Below are positions 62,721 to 64,000 of a stretch of 64,000 bases of DNA, one piece after another. Position 1 is the stretch's first letter; each line of letters opens with the position of its first letter. The translations under genes were made by a program, and so were the position numbers. The notes beneath the pieces were generated by a model, which did not search any database, was not told where the DNA came from, and saw nothing but the letters and a program-made list of their open reading frames with translations. The DNA is taken from NCBI RefSeq assembly GCF_001194135.2, contig NC_068991.1:39140694-39204693 (forward strand), in the 5' to 3' direction. This DNA is from Octopus bimaculoides. Taxonomy: Eukaryota.

Positions 62721-63456
62721 NNNNNNNNNNNNNNNNNNNNNNNNNNNNNNNNNNNNNNNNNNNNNNNNNNNNNNNNNNNNNNNNNNNNNNNNNNNNNNNN
62801 NNNNNNNNNNNNNNNNNNNNNNNNNNNNNNNNNNNNNNNNNNNNNNNNNNNNNNNNNNNNNNNNNNNNNNNNNNNNNNNNNNNNNNNNNNNNNNNNNNNN
62901 NNNNNNNNNNNNNNNNNNNNNNNNNNNNNNNNNNNNNNNNNNNNNNNNNNNNNNNNNNNNNNNNNNNNNNNNNNNNNNNNNNNNNNNNNNNNNNNNNNNN
63001 NNNNNNNNNNNNNNNNNNNNNNNNNNNNNNNNNNNNNNNNNNNNNNNNNNNNNNNNNNNNNNNNNNNNNNNNNNNNNNNNNNNNNNNNNNNNNNNNNNNN
63101 NNNNNNNNNNNNNNNNNNNNNNNNNNNNNNNNNNNNNNNNNNNNNNNNNNNNNNNNNNNNNNNNNNNNNNNNNNNNNNNNNNNNNNNNNNNNNNNNNNNN
63201 NNNNNNNNNNNNNNNNNNNNNNNNNNNNNNNNNNNNNNNNNNNNNNNNNNNNNNNNNNNNNNNNNNNNNNNNNNNNNNNNNNNNNNNNNNNNNNNNNNNN
63301 NNNNNNNNNNNNNNNNNNNNNNNNNNNNNNNNNNNNNNNNNNNNNNNNNNNNNNNNNNNNNNNNNNNNNNNNNNNNNNNNNNNNNNNNNNNNNNNNNNNN
63401 NNNNNNNNNNNNNNNNNNNNNNNNNNNNNNNNNNNNNNNNNNNNNNNNNNNNNNNN
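62721..63456. other. Assembly gap (N run) after (TA)n
   Basis: Direct reading. Confidence 1.
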
Positions 63457-64000
63457 CAGCGGACTCGTGGTCATAGGATCGCGGTTTCGATTCCCACACC
63501 GGGCGTTGTGAGTGTTTATTGAGCAAAAACACCAAAAGTTCCACGAAGCTCCGGCAGGGGATGGTGGCGAACCTTGCTGTACTCTTTCACCACAACTTTC
63601 TCTCACTCTTACTTCCTGTTTCTGTTGTGCCTGTTATTCAAAGGGTCAGCCTTGTCACACTGTGTCAGGCTGAATATCCCCGAGAACTACGTTAAGGGTA
63701 CATGTGTCTGTGGAGTGCTCAGCCACTTGCACGTTAACTTCACGAGCAGGCTGTTCCACTGATCGGAACCCTCAACGTTGTAAGCGACGGAGTGCCAAAT
63801 TCCAAGTAAGTTGATTTTGCCTTTCATCCTTACCAACTCCAGCCAAACCGTCCAACCCAAGCCAGCATGGAAAACATATTAAATGATGATGATGATGATG
63901 ATGGCAATGATGATGATCCCTTCTTGGGAAATATAATTTTGTCATATGTACTTACGTTTATGCCACAAGCCACAATCGAATATCTATCGAGAGCTTTAAA

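Noticed and set aside
62636-63606. Long ORFs across N runs (also 17094-17564 and 6172-6552) and low-complexity ORFs (poly-I 4324-4731, ER-repeat 41127-41402, YI-repeat 15838-16282)
   Set aside because: Artefacts of assembly gaps and microsatellites.

Overview
AT-rich, repeat-dense animal genomic DNA; the SINE, LINE and microsatellite content resembles an octopus or other coleoid cephalopod (inference, no search run). Two protein-coding genes are supported, both on the minus strand. (1) The 3' two-thirds of a classical-type calpain, reconstructed by hand as 14 exons (61561 down to 35659, 452 aa plus stop, all phases consistent). It covers protease subdomain PC2 (catalytic His and Asn), the C2-like domain and the penta-EF-hand domain; the catalytic-Cys exons lie outside the window or in the N gap. 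One intron (46718-49679) is a minor-spliceosome U12 GT-AG intron. (2) An intronless p24-gamma/TMED7-like gene (14324-14986). The rest is mostly transposon-derived: a head-to-tail stack of four R4/Dong-like retrotransposons separated by (TAA)n (one with a 56-bp fold-back 5' junction, one split by a MITE), a Penelope GIY-YIG fragment, L1/Tx1, CR1 and RTE fragments, two mariner remnants, TTAA-flanked piggyBac-type MITEs (one nested in itself) and many tRNA-derived SINEs. There are three assembly gaps. Repeat boundaries are approximate (about 10-20 bp); exon boundaries were counted exactly. Family names come from recalled motifs, not database hits.
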